This document shows positions 33,670-43,556 of a stretch of DNA of 64,000 bases, one piece after another. The DNA lies in contig NZ_JAQNDL010000001.1 of the NCBI RefSeq assembly GCF_028368995.1, positions 544,001-608,000 of the forward strand. The letters run 5' to 3'. Made by a program: the position numbers and the translations under genes. The notes under the pieces are model-generated. The model was not told the origin of the DNA. It did no database searches and worked only from the letters and a program-made list of their open reading frames with translations. The stretch comes from Nannocystis bainbridge. Lineage in GTDB: Bacteria; Myxococcota_A; Polyangia; Nannocystales; Nannocystaceae. The first letter of the stretch is position 1, and each line of letters opens with the position of its first letter.

Positions 33670-34796
33670 GATTCGAGGTTCATGGGACGGTTCGCCGGTC
33701 GATGCAACCACGGCAGTACGATCATTGGCGCGTGCGGGGCCATCGCCGAGTACGCGGCGACGACGTCGAGCGCGACGGCGGCGGTGCTGGCCCGATTGGT
33801 GAGGATGATCATCGCCCCGCCGAAGCCCCCGCCGGTGATGCGGGCGCCCAGGACGGCAGGGTGGCGATGGGCCAGCTCGACGAGCAGGTCGATCGCCGGG
33901 ACCGAGACCTCGAAGTCGTCGCGCAGCGATCGGTGCGACGCGTCGAAGATCCGCCCCAGCGCGGGCAGGTCCCCGCCCGTCAGCGCCGTGGTCGCGGCGA
34001 GCACCCGCAGGTTCTCGTGCACGACATGGCGGGCGCGGCGCCGCAGCGGCTCGGGCAGCTCGTCGATGCGCGGGTCGCCGGCCTCGACGTCGCGCAGCTG
34101 CGGGACCCCGAGCAAGGCCGCGGCCCGATCACACTCGGCGCGGCGCGTCCGATAGTCGCCGGTCGCGTGATCGTGGGCGACGCCCGAATCGATCACGACC
34201 AGCCCGAGGTCTGGCGGCAGGGCGATGCGCTCGACGACCCGCGAGCGGGTGTCGACGAACAAAGCGGAGCCCTCGTCGCCCTTGCTGCAGACCAGCGGAT
34301 CCATGATGCCGACCGGCGCGCCGACGAATTCGGTCTCGGCGCGGTGGGCCAGCGCGGCCAGCAGGTCGTCGTCGTAGGTCAGCGAGAAGGCGCGCCGGAG
34401 GCCGCGCAGCAGCGCCACCTCGAGGGCGGCGCTGGACGACAGGCCGCCGCCGACGGGCACGTCGGAGTCGACGTAGAGATCGAAGCCGGAGAGGGACCGA
34501 TCCGTCGCCGCGAGGGTGGCGGTGATCGCCTGCACGTAGTCGATCCATTCGCCGGAGCGGCGCTCGGCGCCGAGCTCGTACTCGCGGATGCCGGGCCGCT
34601 GGGCGCTGGTGGCCCGCACGCGCCGATCGGGCCGGAGCGCCAATTGCACGTAGGTCCGCTGCGGCAAGGCCGTCGGCAGCACATAGCCGCCGTTGTAATC
34701 GGTGTGGTCGCCGATCAGGTTGACGCGGCCCGGCGCGCTGGCGCCGAGATCGCTGGGGCGACCGAAGAGCTCGGTGAAGGCGTCGCGCTCAGTCAT
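33666..34796 (-). CDS. galK: Galactokinase
   Basis: APGRVNLIGDHTDYN, GLSSSAALE, GARITGGGFGG. Confidence 0.95.
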   Translation of the reverse strand: MTERDAFTELFGRPSDLGASAPGRVNLIGDHTDYNGGYVLPTALPQRTYVQLALRPDRRVRATSAQRPGIREYELGAERRSGEWIDYVQAITATLAATDRSLSGFDLYVDSDVPVGGGLSSSAALEVALLRGLRRAFSLTYDDDLLAALAHRAETEFVGAPVGIMDPLVCSKGDEGSALFVDTRSRVVERIALPPDLGLVVIDSGVAHDHATGDYRTRRAECDRAAALLGVPQLRDVEAGDPRIDELPEPLRRRARHVVHENLRVLAATTALTGGDLPALGRIFDASHRSLRDDFEVSVPAIDLLVELAHRHPAVLGARITGGGFGGAMIILTNRASTAAVALDVVAAYSAMAPHAPMIVLPWLHRPANRPMNLES

Positions 34797-35871
34797 CGAT
34801 CTTCACCTCGACGGCGCGCAGCTCGGCGGCCTTCTGCTCCGGCAAGGTCTCGGCGGTGAACACCCCCGCCCCGACCTCCGTGCCCGCCAGGTACTTGAGC
34901 CGCCCGGGCATGCGATACGGCGGGTAGAACTCGATGCGCAGGTGGGCCTCGGGGTGCGTCTGGCCGTCGCTCGGGGCCTGGTAGCAGGCCATCACGTACG
35001 GGAAGCTGCGCGCCCACAGGCCGTCGTACTTGAGCAGCGTGGTCTTGAGCGCGCGCGCCAGGTCCTTGCGGGTCTCGCCGTCGAGCGCGGGCAAGGAGGG
35101 GCACGCGACCCTGGGCGTGACCCACACCTCGTAGGCATAGCGGGCGCACACGGGCACGAACGCGACGGCGCGTGGGCCGTGGTAGAGGAGGCGCTCGGCG
35201 GCGGCGATCTCGGCGTGCACGAGCTCGAGCGCGAGGTTGCGGCCGCAGCGGGCGAAGTACTGCTCCTGGTTGGCGAGCATGCGCGCGGGGATCGGCGGGA
35301 CGAACGGATAGGCGTAGATCTGGCCGTGCGGGTGATGCAGGGTGACGCCGACCTCGACGCCGCGGTTCTCGAACGGGAACACGTAGGCGATGTCGTCGCG
35401 CCGCCCGAGCGCGGCGGTGCGGTCGGCCCAGACCTCGAGGATCAGCTCGATCTGCGCCAGCGGCAGGGTGCCCAGCGATTGCGTGGGGTCGCGCGAGAAC
35501 ACCACGACCTCGCAAGCGCCGATCCCGGGGCCGGTGTCGACGATCGTCTTCGGCGGCGCGGGGGCGGTGGCCGCCAGCGCGGGATAGAGGTTGTCGAACA
35601 CTGCGACGTCCCACGGGCAGCCGGGGACCTCGGTCGGATGCGCCGGGTCGGAGGTCGGCAGCAGCGGGTTGTACTCGGGCGGCGGCAAGAACGTGCGGGT
35701 CTGGCGATGGGCGGCGTAGACGACCCACTCGCCGCGCAGCGGGTGCCAGCGCAGGTGGGAGCCGCCCTCGCCGCCGCGCGGACCCTCGAGCCGGCATTCG
35801 TCCGGCACCGCCGAATGGCCATAGAGGTGGAGCTCGCGCCCGTCCGGCTTGACGAAGCTGCGCTTGAACAC
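34789..35871 (-). CDS. galT: Galactose-1-phosphate uridylyltransferase
   Basis: [15 protein letters not shown] (HxHxQ motif). Confidence 0.95.
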   Translation of the reverse strand: MFKRSFVKPDGRELHLYGHSAVPDECRLEGPRGGEGGSHLRWHPLRGEWVVYAAHRQTRTFLPPPEYNPLLPTSDPAHPTEVPGCPWDVAVFDNLYPALAATAPAPPKTIVDTGPGIGACEVVVFSRDPTQSLGTLPLAQIELILEVWADRTAALGRRDDIAYVFPFENRGVEVGVTLHHPHGQIYAYPFVPPIPARMLANQEQYFARCGRNLALELVHAEIAAAERLLYHGPRAVAFVPVCARYAYEVWVTPRVACPSLPALDGETRKDLARALKTTLLKYDGLWARSFPYVMACYQAPSDGQTHPEAHLRIEFYPPYRMPGRLKYLAGTEVGAGVFTAETLPEQKAAELRAVEVKIDD

Positions 35872-35872
35872 G

Positions 35873-37711
35873 CTACACCTCCTGCCCCTGGCGCCCGTGG
35901 TCGTCGTGCGGGGTCGGCGGCCCGAGGCCGTTCAGCGCGGCGATCCGCTCGATCGGGAGCTTCGGCGTGCGGTCGGCGTACAGCAGGCCGTTGGCCTCCT
36001 GATAGGTGTCGGCGAACTGCGTATAACAATAGCCGGCGAGGATGTCCTGGGCGCGGACCACCGAGAACAGCGCGTGCAGCCGGCGCTCGAGGTCGGCCGC
36101 GTCGTCGCTGCGGCTGTAGCCCCAGGTGCTGCGGCGGTCAGGCGAGCAGGCGATGCCGCCGAACTCCGACAGGACCACCGGATGGTTGAACTCCTGGAAG
36201 TTGCCGAGCACCAGCTCGCGGCCGCCGAAGCGCTCGCGCTCGCACAGGTTGTGGCGCACGTTGGGCGCCTGGTAGCGCGACAGCATGCGCTCCGGGTCGA
36301 CCTCGTAGTCGTGGATGCCGACGATGTCCGTGGCGACGCTCTCCCACCCGTCGTTGCCGACGACCGGGCGGTTGGGGTCGAGGGTCTTCGTCAGGTGGTA
36401 CAGGGCGGTGACGTAGTGCCGCTCGGACGGGTTGTCCGGCAGGTTGGGGACCCCCCACGACTCGTTGAAGGGGACCCACGCGACGACGCACGGGTGGCTG
36501 CTGTCGCGCTCCAGCACCTGCATCCACTCCTGGGTGAGCGCCTGCACCGAGCGGCGGGTGAAGCGATAGGCGCTCGGCATCTCCTCCCATACGAGCAGGC
36601 CCAGGCGATCGGCCCAATAGAGGTAGCGCGGGTCCTCGATCTTCTGGTGCTTGCGGACCGCGTTGAAGCCCATGGCCAGCGCGAGCTCGACGTCGCGGCG
36701 CAAGGCCGCCTCGTCCGGGGCGGTGAGCCCGGTCTCCGGCCAATAACCCTGGTCGAGCACCATGCGCAGGCGGATCGGGCGGCCGTTGAGCAAGATCTGG
36801 TCGCGGTGCACGCCGATCGTGCGCAGCGCGGTGTAGCTGCGCACGGCGTCGACGACGGCGCCGCCGGGGCCGATCAGATCGACCTCCGCCTCGATGAGGT
36901 TGGGCGCCTCCGGGCACCACAGCAGCTCGTTGCGCGCGTCGTCGATGCCGGGATCCGACAGCGGGATCCGGCGGTGGATCTCGTGGTGCTGGCACTGGTA
37001 GCGATCCTCGACGAGCAGACAGTCGCCCGAGAACAGCCGCAGGCGCAGGCTGTAATCCGGGCTGACGACGCCGACGATCGTGCTGCTGAAGCCGATCTCC
37101 CAGCGGAACAGGTTCGAGGTCCAGCGCAGGTGCGCCAGGTGGACGGCGGGGACCCGCTCGATCCACACCGATTGCCAGATCCCCGTGGTGCGCTGATACC
37201 AGATCGAGTGCGGCACCTCCTGCCAGTCCTGCTTGCCGCGCGGCTTGGCGAGGTCGTGCGGATCGTCGAGGGCGCACACGACGACCTCGATCGGCTTCCT
37301 GGCGCCGCCGAGCCGGGTCACCTCGACCGAGAACGGGGTGTAGCCGCCGACGTGGGTCGCGACCTCGGCGCCGTCGATCCACACCGTGGCAGCGTAGTCG
37401 ACCGCGCCGAAGCGGAGAAACAGCAGCTCGCCGGCGGCCGCGGCCGGGAGGGTCACCTTGCGGCGGTACCAGCAGGCGGCGTAATAGCCGTGCTCACCGA
37501 CGCCGCTGCGCTCGGTCTCCGGAGCGAACGGGACCTGGATCGTTCGGTTCCAGGCGACCTCCCGCGGGTGCCGCCAGCGCGCCTCACGATCGAGCGCGAA
37601 GTCCCAGGCGCCGTCGAGGCTGGCCCAGGTGTCGTCGCCCCGGCGCAGCATCGGCCGCAGATAGCCGGGGCGCGACGGGGCCACGGCGCTGTTGGAAGAG
37701 GGTCGGGTCAT
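35873..37711 (-). CDS. Glycoside hydrolase family 2
   Basis: FGAVDY, PRGKQ, LDQGYWP, RKHQKIE, FNESWG, LSEFGG. Confidence 0.93.
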   Translation of the reverse strand: MTRPSSNSAVAPSRPGYLRPMLRRGDDTWASLDGAWDFALDREARWRHPREVAWNRTIQVPFAPETERSGVGEHGYYAACWYRRKVTLPAAAAGELLFLRFGAVDYAATVWIDGAEVATHVGGYTPFSVEVTRLGGARKPIEVVVCALDDPHDLAKPRGKQDWQEVPHSIWYQRTTGIWQSVWIERVPAVHLAHLRWTSNLFRWEIGFSSTIVGVVSPDYSLRLRLFSGDCLLVEDRYQCQHHEIHRRIPLSDPGIDDARNELLWCPEAPNLIEAEVDLIGPGGAVVDAVRSYTALRTIGVHRDQILLNGRPIRLRMVLDQGYWPETGLTAPDEAALRRDVELALAMGFNAVRKHQKIEDPRYLYWADRLGLLVWEEMPSAYRFTRRSVQALTQEWMQVLERDSSHPCVVAWVPFNESWGVPNLPDNPSERHYVTALYHLTKTLDPNRPVVGNDGWESVATDIVGIHDYEVDPERMLSRYQAPNVRHNLCERERFGGRELVLGNFQEFNHPVVLSEFGGIACSPDRRSTWGYSRSDDAADLERRLHALFSVVRAQDILAGYCYTQFADTYQEANGLLYADRTPKLPIERIAALNGLGPPTPHDDHGRQGQEV

Positions 37712-37736
37712 ACGCGCCGCTGGGTTGTCGCCGCTG

Positions 37737-39008
37737 TCAATCGCCGTCCGGCCGGCCCAGCGCGCCGGGGTGGCGCTCGCACACCACGGCCAGCGCGGCC
37801 TCGGCGGCGCGCAGGGTGCGATCGATGTCGTCGTCGGTATGGGCGGCGCTGACGAACCAGAGGTGACGCGGGTGCAGCAAGATCCCGCGCTGGACCATCT
37901 CGGTGTAAAAAGTCGCCGCGACGGCGTCGCGCACCCGCAGATCGGCGTGGGTGAACCGCAGGAACGGCATCGGCGGCAGCGGCTCGCCGTAGGCCAGAGC
38001 CGGCACGCCGGCGCGGTCGACGGCCGCCTGCAGGCCGGCGATGAGGCGCTCGCCTAGCCGCCACACGTGATCGGTGACGGCGTAGCGATCGAGCACATCG
38101 AGGGTGGCGAGCGCCGCCGCGATGCCGGTGGTCTCGCCGTGGTAGGTCGCCGACATGTGGAGCTCGGCGCCGTGCCGCATGACCTCGCGCCGCCCGACCA
38201 CCGCGGCGACCGGCCAGCCGTTGCCGAGCGCCTTGCTGAGCGTGGTGAGGTCGGGCACGACGCCGGCCCACTGCTGAAACGAGCCCGGGCGGATGCGCAG
38301 GCCGGTCTTGATCTCGTCGAGGATGAAGACGGCCCCGTGCTCACGCGCGTGCTCGGCGAACAGCCGCGCGAGCTCGGGCCGCGACGCGGGCATCATCTCC
38401 GGCGCGAGGATCACCGCCGCGACCTCGCCCGGGTGCGCGCGCAGCAGCTCGCGCAGCGACTCGGGCTCGTCGGGGCGGAACTCGAGCACCTGCCTCTCGA
38501 GCCCGTCGGGCACGAAATCGGCGAGCGGCAGGCACCAATCGTGCCACCCGTGATAACCACAGCGGGCCACGCGACGCCGACCGGTGGCCCGTCGCGCCAG
38601 CCGCAGCGCCGCCGTGGTCGCGTCGGAGCCGGTCTTGAAGAACGCCCCCATGTCGGCGCCAGGCAGGCGCGCGACCAGCCGCTCGACGAAGCGCAGGTGC
38701 AGCGGGTGATTCAGGGTCAGCAGGTTGCCGCGCCGCGCCTGCTCGAAGGCCGCGCGGTCGACCTCCTCGTGGGCGTAGCCGAGCAGCAGCGGGCCGAAGG
38801 CCATCACGTAGTCGATGTATTCGTGGCCGTCGACGTCCCACACGCGACAGCCGGCGCCGCGCGCGAAGTACATCGGCGAATCGGCGGGGGTCACGAGCGG
38901 CCGCCCGGAGAGGTGATAGCCGCCGGGGATCAGCGTGCGCGCGCGCTGCAGCAGCTCCTGCGAGGCGAGGAACGAACGCGCCGGCGGTGTGAGGCCCTGC
39001 TGGTCCAC
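37737..39008 (-). CDS. Class III PLP aminotransferase (GSA-aminomutase-like)
   Basis: DVDGHEYIDY, TGSDA, GYHGWHD, ILDEIKTGLR, SKALGNGWP. Confidence 0.9.
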   Translation of the reverse strand: MDQQGLTPPARSFLASQELLQRARTLIPGGYHLSGRPLVTPADSPMYFARGAGCRVWDVDGHEYIDYVMAFGPLLLGYAHEEVDRAAFEQARRGNLLTLNHPLHLRFVERLVARLPGADMGAFFKTGSDATTAALRLARRATGRRRVARCGYHGWHDWCLPLADFVPDGLERQVLEFRPDEPESLRELLRAHPGEVAAVILAPEMMPASRPELARLFAEHAREHGAVFILDEIKTGLRIRPGSFQQWAGVVPDLTTLSKALGNGWPVAAVVGRREVMRHGAELHMSATYHGETTGIAAALATLDVLDRYAVTDHVWRLGERLIAGLQAAVDRAGVPALAYGEPLPPMPFLRFTHADLRVRDAVAATFYTEMVQRGILLHPRHLWFVSAAHTDDDIDRTLRAAEAALAVVCERHPGALGRPDGD

Positions 39009-39238
39009 GCCCGGGGTGTGCCGCGGAGCGCGGTTCCGTCCACCCGCGGCGGCGTAGACGGGCGAATGCGCGGTCCCTGGCCGGGATGTGCGGCGGACCC
39101 CTCCGGACTTGCGGGCCCGCCGCCGCCTCGCGGGTGCTGTGATTCGCGGGCGAGCGCTCGAGCGACGCCCAGCGGCCCGGGCCGCTCGTGCGATTCACCC
39201 GCCGCGGCCGCGCCGGCGGCCACACCTCTGTGCGGCGC

Positions 39239-40318
39239 TCAGAAGCGAATCATCAGCCCGTCCGTCGTCACCGCGATCCGCCGCTGGCCGACCGCGCGAC
39301 GACGCAGCCCGTAGTGGGCCGCCACCACCCCGAGCACGGCGAACGGCAGCGCCACGGCGAAGCCGATCAGGCTGCTCGTGCGCGCGTGCCTGGCCGCGTC
39401 CTCGCGCTCGAAGCGGGTCGGGTACGGCCGCTTGCCCGACTCGATCGCGTCGCCGCGGGCGATGAAGAAGAAACCGACGCCGAGCCCCGCCAGGGCCCCC
39501 ACCCCCGCCGCGCCGGCGACCGCGAGGTAACGACCGCTGGATTGCTGGACCTCGCGGCGCCACCCGTCCTCGCGCGCCTCGTCGGCCTCGCCGAGCTTGA
39601 CCTGCCGGGCGGCGCTGGCGGCCACGCCCTGCTGCGCGCGCTCGAGGTCGGCCTCGGCCGCGTCCACCGCCTGCGCCGCGGCGGTCGCCTCGCCGCGCAG
39701 CTTCACCACGGCGGGATCGATCGAGCTGTCCTTTTGGCCAGGTGTGGGCTTTGTCCCCGCCGGCACCGGGACCCACGGATCGGCGAGGCCCTCGTCGCGC
39801 AGCGCCGCCTCGACCGTGTCCCTGGCCGCCGCGCGCGGCTGGTCGCGCAAGGCTGTCTCGTGGTGCGTGCGGCGCAGCTTCAGCGCCGCCTTGCGGCACG
39901 GCTCGAGCCCGGCGAGCGCGGCGTCACGCGCAGGCTCGGACACGTAGGCGCCGAGCAGGCGCCGCAGCGCGGTCAGGCGCCCTGGTGCGAGGGTGCAGCC
40001 GACCGCGCCTGCGCGGGCCTCGGCGATCGCCGCCGTGTAGCGCTCGCCGTCGCCCTGCTGCGTCTCGGCGTCGGCGTCGGCCTCGCTCTCGGCGGCCCGC
40101 AACGCCTTTGCCGCCGCGACCTCGGCCTCCCTGGCCTTTTGGACAGCTTCGTGGGCCTGCCACTCGGCGGCCCGCAGCGCGCGGCCGGTCGCCTCCTCCT
40201 CGGCGTGCGCCTGCACGTCCTTGCCGGGCGGCGCCGGGGGGGCGAGGCGACACGCGCCGGCCGCGAGGGCCAGCGCCACCAGATGGGCTGAAATCGTGAG
40301 ACGTCGAGGGCGAGGCAT
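39239..40318 (-). CDS. Hypothetical lipoprotein with a coiled region and C-terminal TM pair
   Basis: Lipobox LAAGAC; Ala/Glu-rich helices; ends LMIRF. Confidence 0.65.
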   Translation of the reverse strand: MPRPRRLTISAHLVALALAAGACRLAPPAPPGKDVQAHAEEEATGRALRAAEWQAHEAVQKAREAEVAAAKALRAAESEADADAETQQGDGERYTAAIAEARAGAVGCTLAPGRLTALRRLLGAYVSEPARDAALAGLEPCRKAALKLRRTHHETALRDQPRAAARDTVEAALRDEGLADPWVPVPAGTKPTPGQKDSSIDPAVVKLRGEATAAAQAVDAAEADLERAQQGVAASAARQVKLGEADEAREDGWRREVQQSSGRYLAVAGAAGVGALAGLGVGFFFIARGDAIESGKRPYPTRFEREDAARHARTSSLIGFAVALPFAVLGVVAAHYGLRRRAVGQRRIAVTTDGLMIRF

Positions 40319-40439
40319 TCGCGGCGGCCGGAGTATTGCCCACTCCGGGGCCCCCCTCAAGCCGCGGGCCGCGTACGCCGGGGCCCGTGTCCCCTGCCCC
40401 GGCGCTCTGCGACGCGACGCGCCTCGCGTCGCGCCCACC

Positions 40440-41435
40440 TCACAGCGCCAGCAGGCCGCGCGCCGCGTCGAGCGCCAGCGGCTGGGCCCCGTAGCTGGCC
40501 GCGCCGACGCCCCAGCGCGCGAAGCCGGCGGGCTCCGGCGCCTCGTCGGTGGCTGCGCCATGGCTCCACCAGCCGGTCACGCTCAATCGCTTGCCGCGCG
40601 CGTACGGCGACACCGGCGTGACCGCGTGCACGGTCTCCGCCGCGACGTTGAACACGATCAGCGTGTTGAATGACGGCACCACCTGCGCGCCGCTCGGGCC
40701 CCACACGAACTGACCGCCCGAGGCCGCGTCCCAGTCGCGGGCGAGGTGCCACACGAACGCGACGGCGCGCGCCAGCTTGTGATCGGCGTGCGGCGCCGCG
40801 AAGTCGCCGGCGACGTAGCGCGTCGCCCCGAGCTCGAGCGGACCGCCGCAGTCGCGGCCCGACAGCGCCGCCGCGAGCTCGCGGCTGGCGGCGGCGCCGA
40901 ACAGCGCGCGGCTGGCCGCGATCGTCGGGCCGGCGGGGTCGGCCTCGTCGAGCACGTGGTGTCGATAATGCGGCGAGCTGCCGAACGCCTCGACGGCGCG
41001 CCAGCGGACGGCGGCGTCGAGGGCCGCGCCGACCCGCTCGGCGAGGTCGCGGCGCAGCGCGTCGCGGATGACCACGGCCCGCCCGGCGGCCAGCTGGGCG
41101 GCGATGTCGTCCTTGCGCGCCAGCGCGGCCGGGTCGAGCGCTTCGACCAGCGACGTCGGCCACGCCGCGGGCGCGACCGCGGGCGTGCGTTCGTCGACCA
41201 GCAACCCCTCGGCGACCAGGCCGGCGACCGTCGCCGCCAGCTCGGCAGGCGAGCCGAACTCGGCGAGCGTCGCGTGGGCCGCGGCGATCGTGCGCGGGCA
41301 GGCGAACGCGGCCAGCGTCTGGAACACCCGCGGCGCCAGCGAGAAGGCGCGCCGACCGACGAGCGCGACGACCGTCGCGTCAGGCCCGGGGCGAAACACG
41401 CACGCGGGCGCGAGGACATAGGACGACTCCGGCAT
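40440..41435 (-). CDS. 2OG-Fe(II) oxygenase with an N-terminal winged-helix (RRE/PqqD-like) domain
   Basis: YVAGDFAAPHAD (HxD), WDAASGGQF, HAVTPV, RLSVTGW. The N-terminal ~80 aa end in LVAEGLL. Confidence 0.85.
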   Translation of the reverse strand: MPESSYVLAPACVFRPGPDATVVALVGRRAFSLAPRVFQTLAAFACPRTIAAAHATLAEFGSPAELAATVAGLVAEGLLVDERTPAVAPAAWPTSLVEALDPAALARKDDIAAQLAAGRAVVIRDALRRDLAERVGAALDAAVRWRAVEAFGSSPHYRHHVLDEADPAGPTIAASRALFGAAASRELAAALSGRDCGGPLELGATRYVAGDFAAPHADHKLARAVAFVWHLARDWDAASGGQFVWGPSGAQVVPSFNTLIVFNVAAETVHAVTPVSPYARGKRLSVTGWWSHGAATDEAPEPAGFARWGVGAASYGAQPLALDAARGLLAL

Positions 41436-41525
41436 TGGCACCACCACTCAGCGCTCGTACCCGCGGCCGCGCCGTCGCGTCAAGCCGCAGCGCGCTCGAC
41501 CCGTCGCGGGCGAAATGAAGCATGT

Positions 41526-41542
41526 AAAAATCACGGATTTTT
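41526..41542. promoter_or_regulatory. AT-rich inverted repeat, candidate operator in the divergent promoter region
   Basis: AAAAATC-ACG-GATTTTT, a perfect 7-3-7 inverted repeat. Confidence 0.4.
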
Positions 41543-41737
41543 CGCTGCGACATCGCCGAGCACGCCCTGTCATCCCGACAGAGGCGCACGCACGGCATGT
41601 CCCGCCGCCACGCATTATCGAACATCCACGCGCACGATCGCCCGGGACCCGGGGACGAGGTGCCACGAATACGGAGCGTGTCCTTGTATTTCGACACAGG
41701 CAGCTCCGCGGACCCGAACACACAGGAGAGAAGCGAC

Positions 41738-41899
41738 ATGAAGGAGACGATTCAAGAGGTCGAGGGCGTGAAGGAGATCGATCCGGCCCACATCCACGAC
41801 CTGTTCCAGCTCGAGACCCTGGCCCCGCCGAGCGAGGCCAACGGCATGAGCTGCTGCGTGATCATCTGCCGGACCTGGACCCCGGGCCAGGCGGGCTGA
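41738..41899 (+). CDS. Putative RiPP precursor peptide (53 aa)
   Basis: AGGAG RBS; acidic leader followed by ...ANGMSCCVIICRTWTPGQAG; first gene of the oxygenase/DUF692 operon. Confidence 0.8.
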   Translation: MKETIQEVEGVKEIDPAHIHDLFQLETLAPPSEANGMSCCVIICRTWTPGQAG

Positions 41900-41925
41900 A
41901 CCAGGGCGCCCGCCACCACCACGCC

Positions 41926-42732
41926 ATGACGATTCCACCGGACAACTTGTCGGAGTATCGCGACCACGGCGCGACGGTGCTGCGCGGCGTCATCCCGGCG
42001 AGCTGGCAAGCCCGCCTGGAGGCGGCGATCGACCGGGTGCTCGCCGCGCCCGGCTCGATCGCCGTCGACTACACCCCGCCGGACCGACCCGGTCGCTTCT
42101 ATAACGATTTCTTCTTGTGGCTGCGCGAGCCCGAGTTCGCCGCGTTCGTGCGCGAGTCGCCGCTGCCCGCGCTGGCCGCGGAGCTGCTCGGCGCGGCGAA
42201 GGTCGGGTTCTTCTTCGACCAGCTGTTCGTCAAGGAGCCGCGCACCCAGGAGAGCATGCCGTGGCATCAAGACCTGCCGTACTGGCCGGTCGCGAGCGAC
42301 GCGCTGGTGACGATGTGGGTGCCGCTCGACGTCGTCACCCGCGAGAGCGGCGCGGTGGTCTACGCCCGCGGCTCGCACCGCTGGGGTCGCGTCGCCAAGC
42401 GCTGGCGGTTCGCCCGCGACGGCGCGACGGCCCCGCCCGAGACGGAGGAGATCCGCGAGGCGTCGTTCATGTACTGGGACCTGCGGCCCGGCGACGTGCT
42501 GGTCCACCACCCGCTGACGGTGCACGCGTCGGGCGGCAACGCGACGCCGGGGACCCGCCGCCGCGCGCTCGCGCTGCGCTACTTCGCCGACGGTTGCGTG
42601 TACCAGCCGCGCGAGGGCGACATCCTGCAGAACCCGCGCGTGCGCGAGCTGCTGCCTGACCTCGCCCTCGTCGCCGGCGAGCCGCTACGCGGCCCGGAAT
42701 TTCCGATCGTGTGGCCCCCGGAGGTCGCGTGA
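41926..42732 (+). CDS. PhyH-family Fe(II)/2OG dioxygenase
   Basis: FVKEP, PWHQD, WVPLD, GSHRW, TVHASGGN, RRALALRY. Confidence 0.92.
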   Translation: MTIPPDNLSEYRDHGATVLRGVIPASWQARLEAAIDRVLAAPGSIAVDYTPPDRPGRFYNDFFLWLREPEFAAFVRESPLPALAAELLGAAKVGFFFDQLFVKEPRTQESMPWHQDLPYWPVASDALVTMWVPLDVVTRESGAVVYARGSHRWGRVAKRWRFARDGATAPPETEEIREASFMYWDLRPGDVLVHHPLTVHASGGNATPGTRRRALALRYFADGCVYQPREGDILQNPRVRELLPDLALVAGEPLRGPEFPIVWPPEVA

Positions 42733-43556
42733 CGCCGCCGCCGCTGGTCGGCTTCGCCTATCGCCGGCAGTATCGCGCCGCGCTGTGCGAGGCGGCGCGC
42801 GGGCCCGACGTGCTCGAGCTGATGGCCGAGTCCTTCGACCCGCGCCTGCCCGGCCGGATCGACGACGTGCGAGCGCTGCGCGAGCGCTACGCGCTGATCG
42901 GGCACAGCGTCGGGCTGTCGATCGGCTCGGTCGAGCGCCCGCCGCAGGCCTACCTCGACGGGCTGGCGCGCTTCGTCGAGTTGGTCCAGCCGCGGGTCTA
43001 CAGCGACCACTTCGCCGTCACCTACGCCGGCGGGCGCGACCTCGGGCACCTGACGCCGATCTGGTACGGCGAGCAGGCGCTCGAGGTCGTCGTGAACAAC
43101 CTTACCGCGGCGCGGCGCTTGCTCGGCGTGCCGATCTGCCTCGAGCTCATCGCCGAGCCGTTCTCACTGCCCGGCGCGCAGTGGGACCAGGCCCGCTTCG
43201 CCGCCGAGGTGTGGCGCGCGTGCGGCTGCGGGATCCACCTCGACGTCACCAACGTCTTCATCAACGCCCGCAACTCGGGTCAGTGCCCGCGGGCCTCGAT
43301 CGCCGCGCTGCCGGCCGAGGCGGTGCAGATGATCCACGCCGTCGGCTTCGGCCGCTACGAGCACGGCGAGCTGGCCGACACCCACGACCAGGACATCCAG
43401 CAGGAGCTGTGGGACCTGCTCGCGTACACCTTCACGCGCGTGCGCCCGACCACCGCCGTCATCGAGCGCGACGCCAACTTCCCGCCGTACGAAGCGCTGC
43501 TGGCCGAGGTCGATCGCATGCGCTCGCTCGCCACGCCCCTGGAGGTCGCCTCGTGA
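42729..43556 (+). CDS. DUF692 / multinuclear non-heme iron oxidase (MbnB/TglH family)
   Basis: HSVGLSIG, SDH, LE, LDVTNVFIN, IHAVG, DTH, IERD; GTGA overlap with the upstream gene. Confidence 0.92.
   Translation: MTPPPLVGFAYRRQYRAALCEAARGPDVLELMAESFDPRLPGRIDDVRALRERYALIGHSVGLSIGSVERPPQAYLDGLARFVELVQPRVYSDHFAVTYAGGRDLGHLTPIWYGEQALEVVVNNLTAARRLLGVPICLELIAEPFSLPGAQWDQARFAAEVWRACGCGIHLDVTNVFINARNSGQCPRASIAALPAEAVQMIHAVGFGRYEHGELADTHDQDIQQELWDLLAYTFTRVRPTTAVIERDANFPPYEALLAEVDRMRSLATPLEVAS

Noticed and set aside
37737-39008. Aminotransferase as an MbnN-like RiPP tailoring enzyme, or as hemL
   Set aside because: It sits 25 bp upstream of the GH2/gal run and is separated from the RiPP genes by an unrelated lipoprotein; there is no heme context. 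A RiPP role is not fully excluded.
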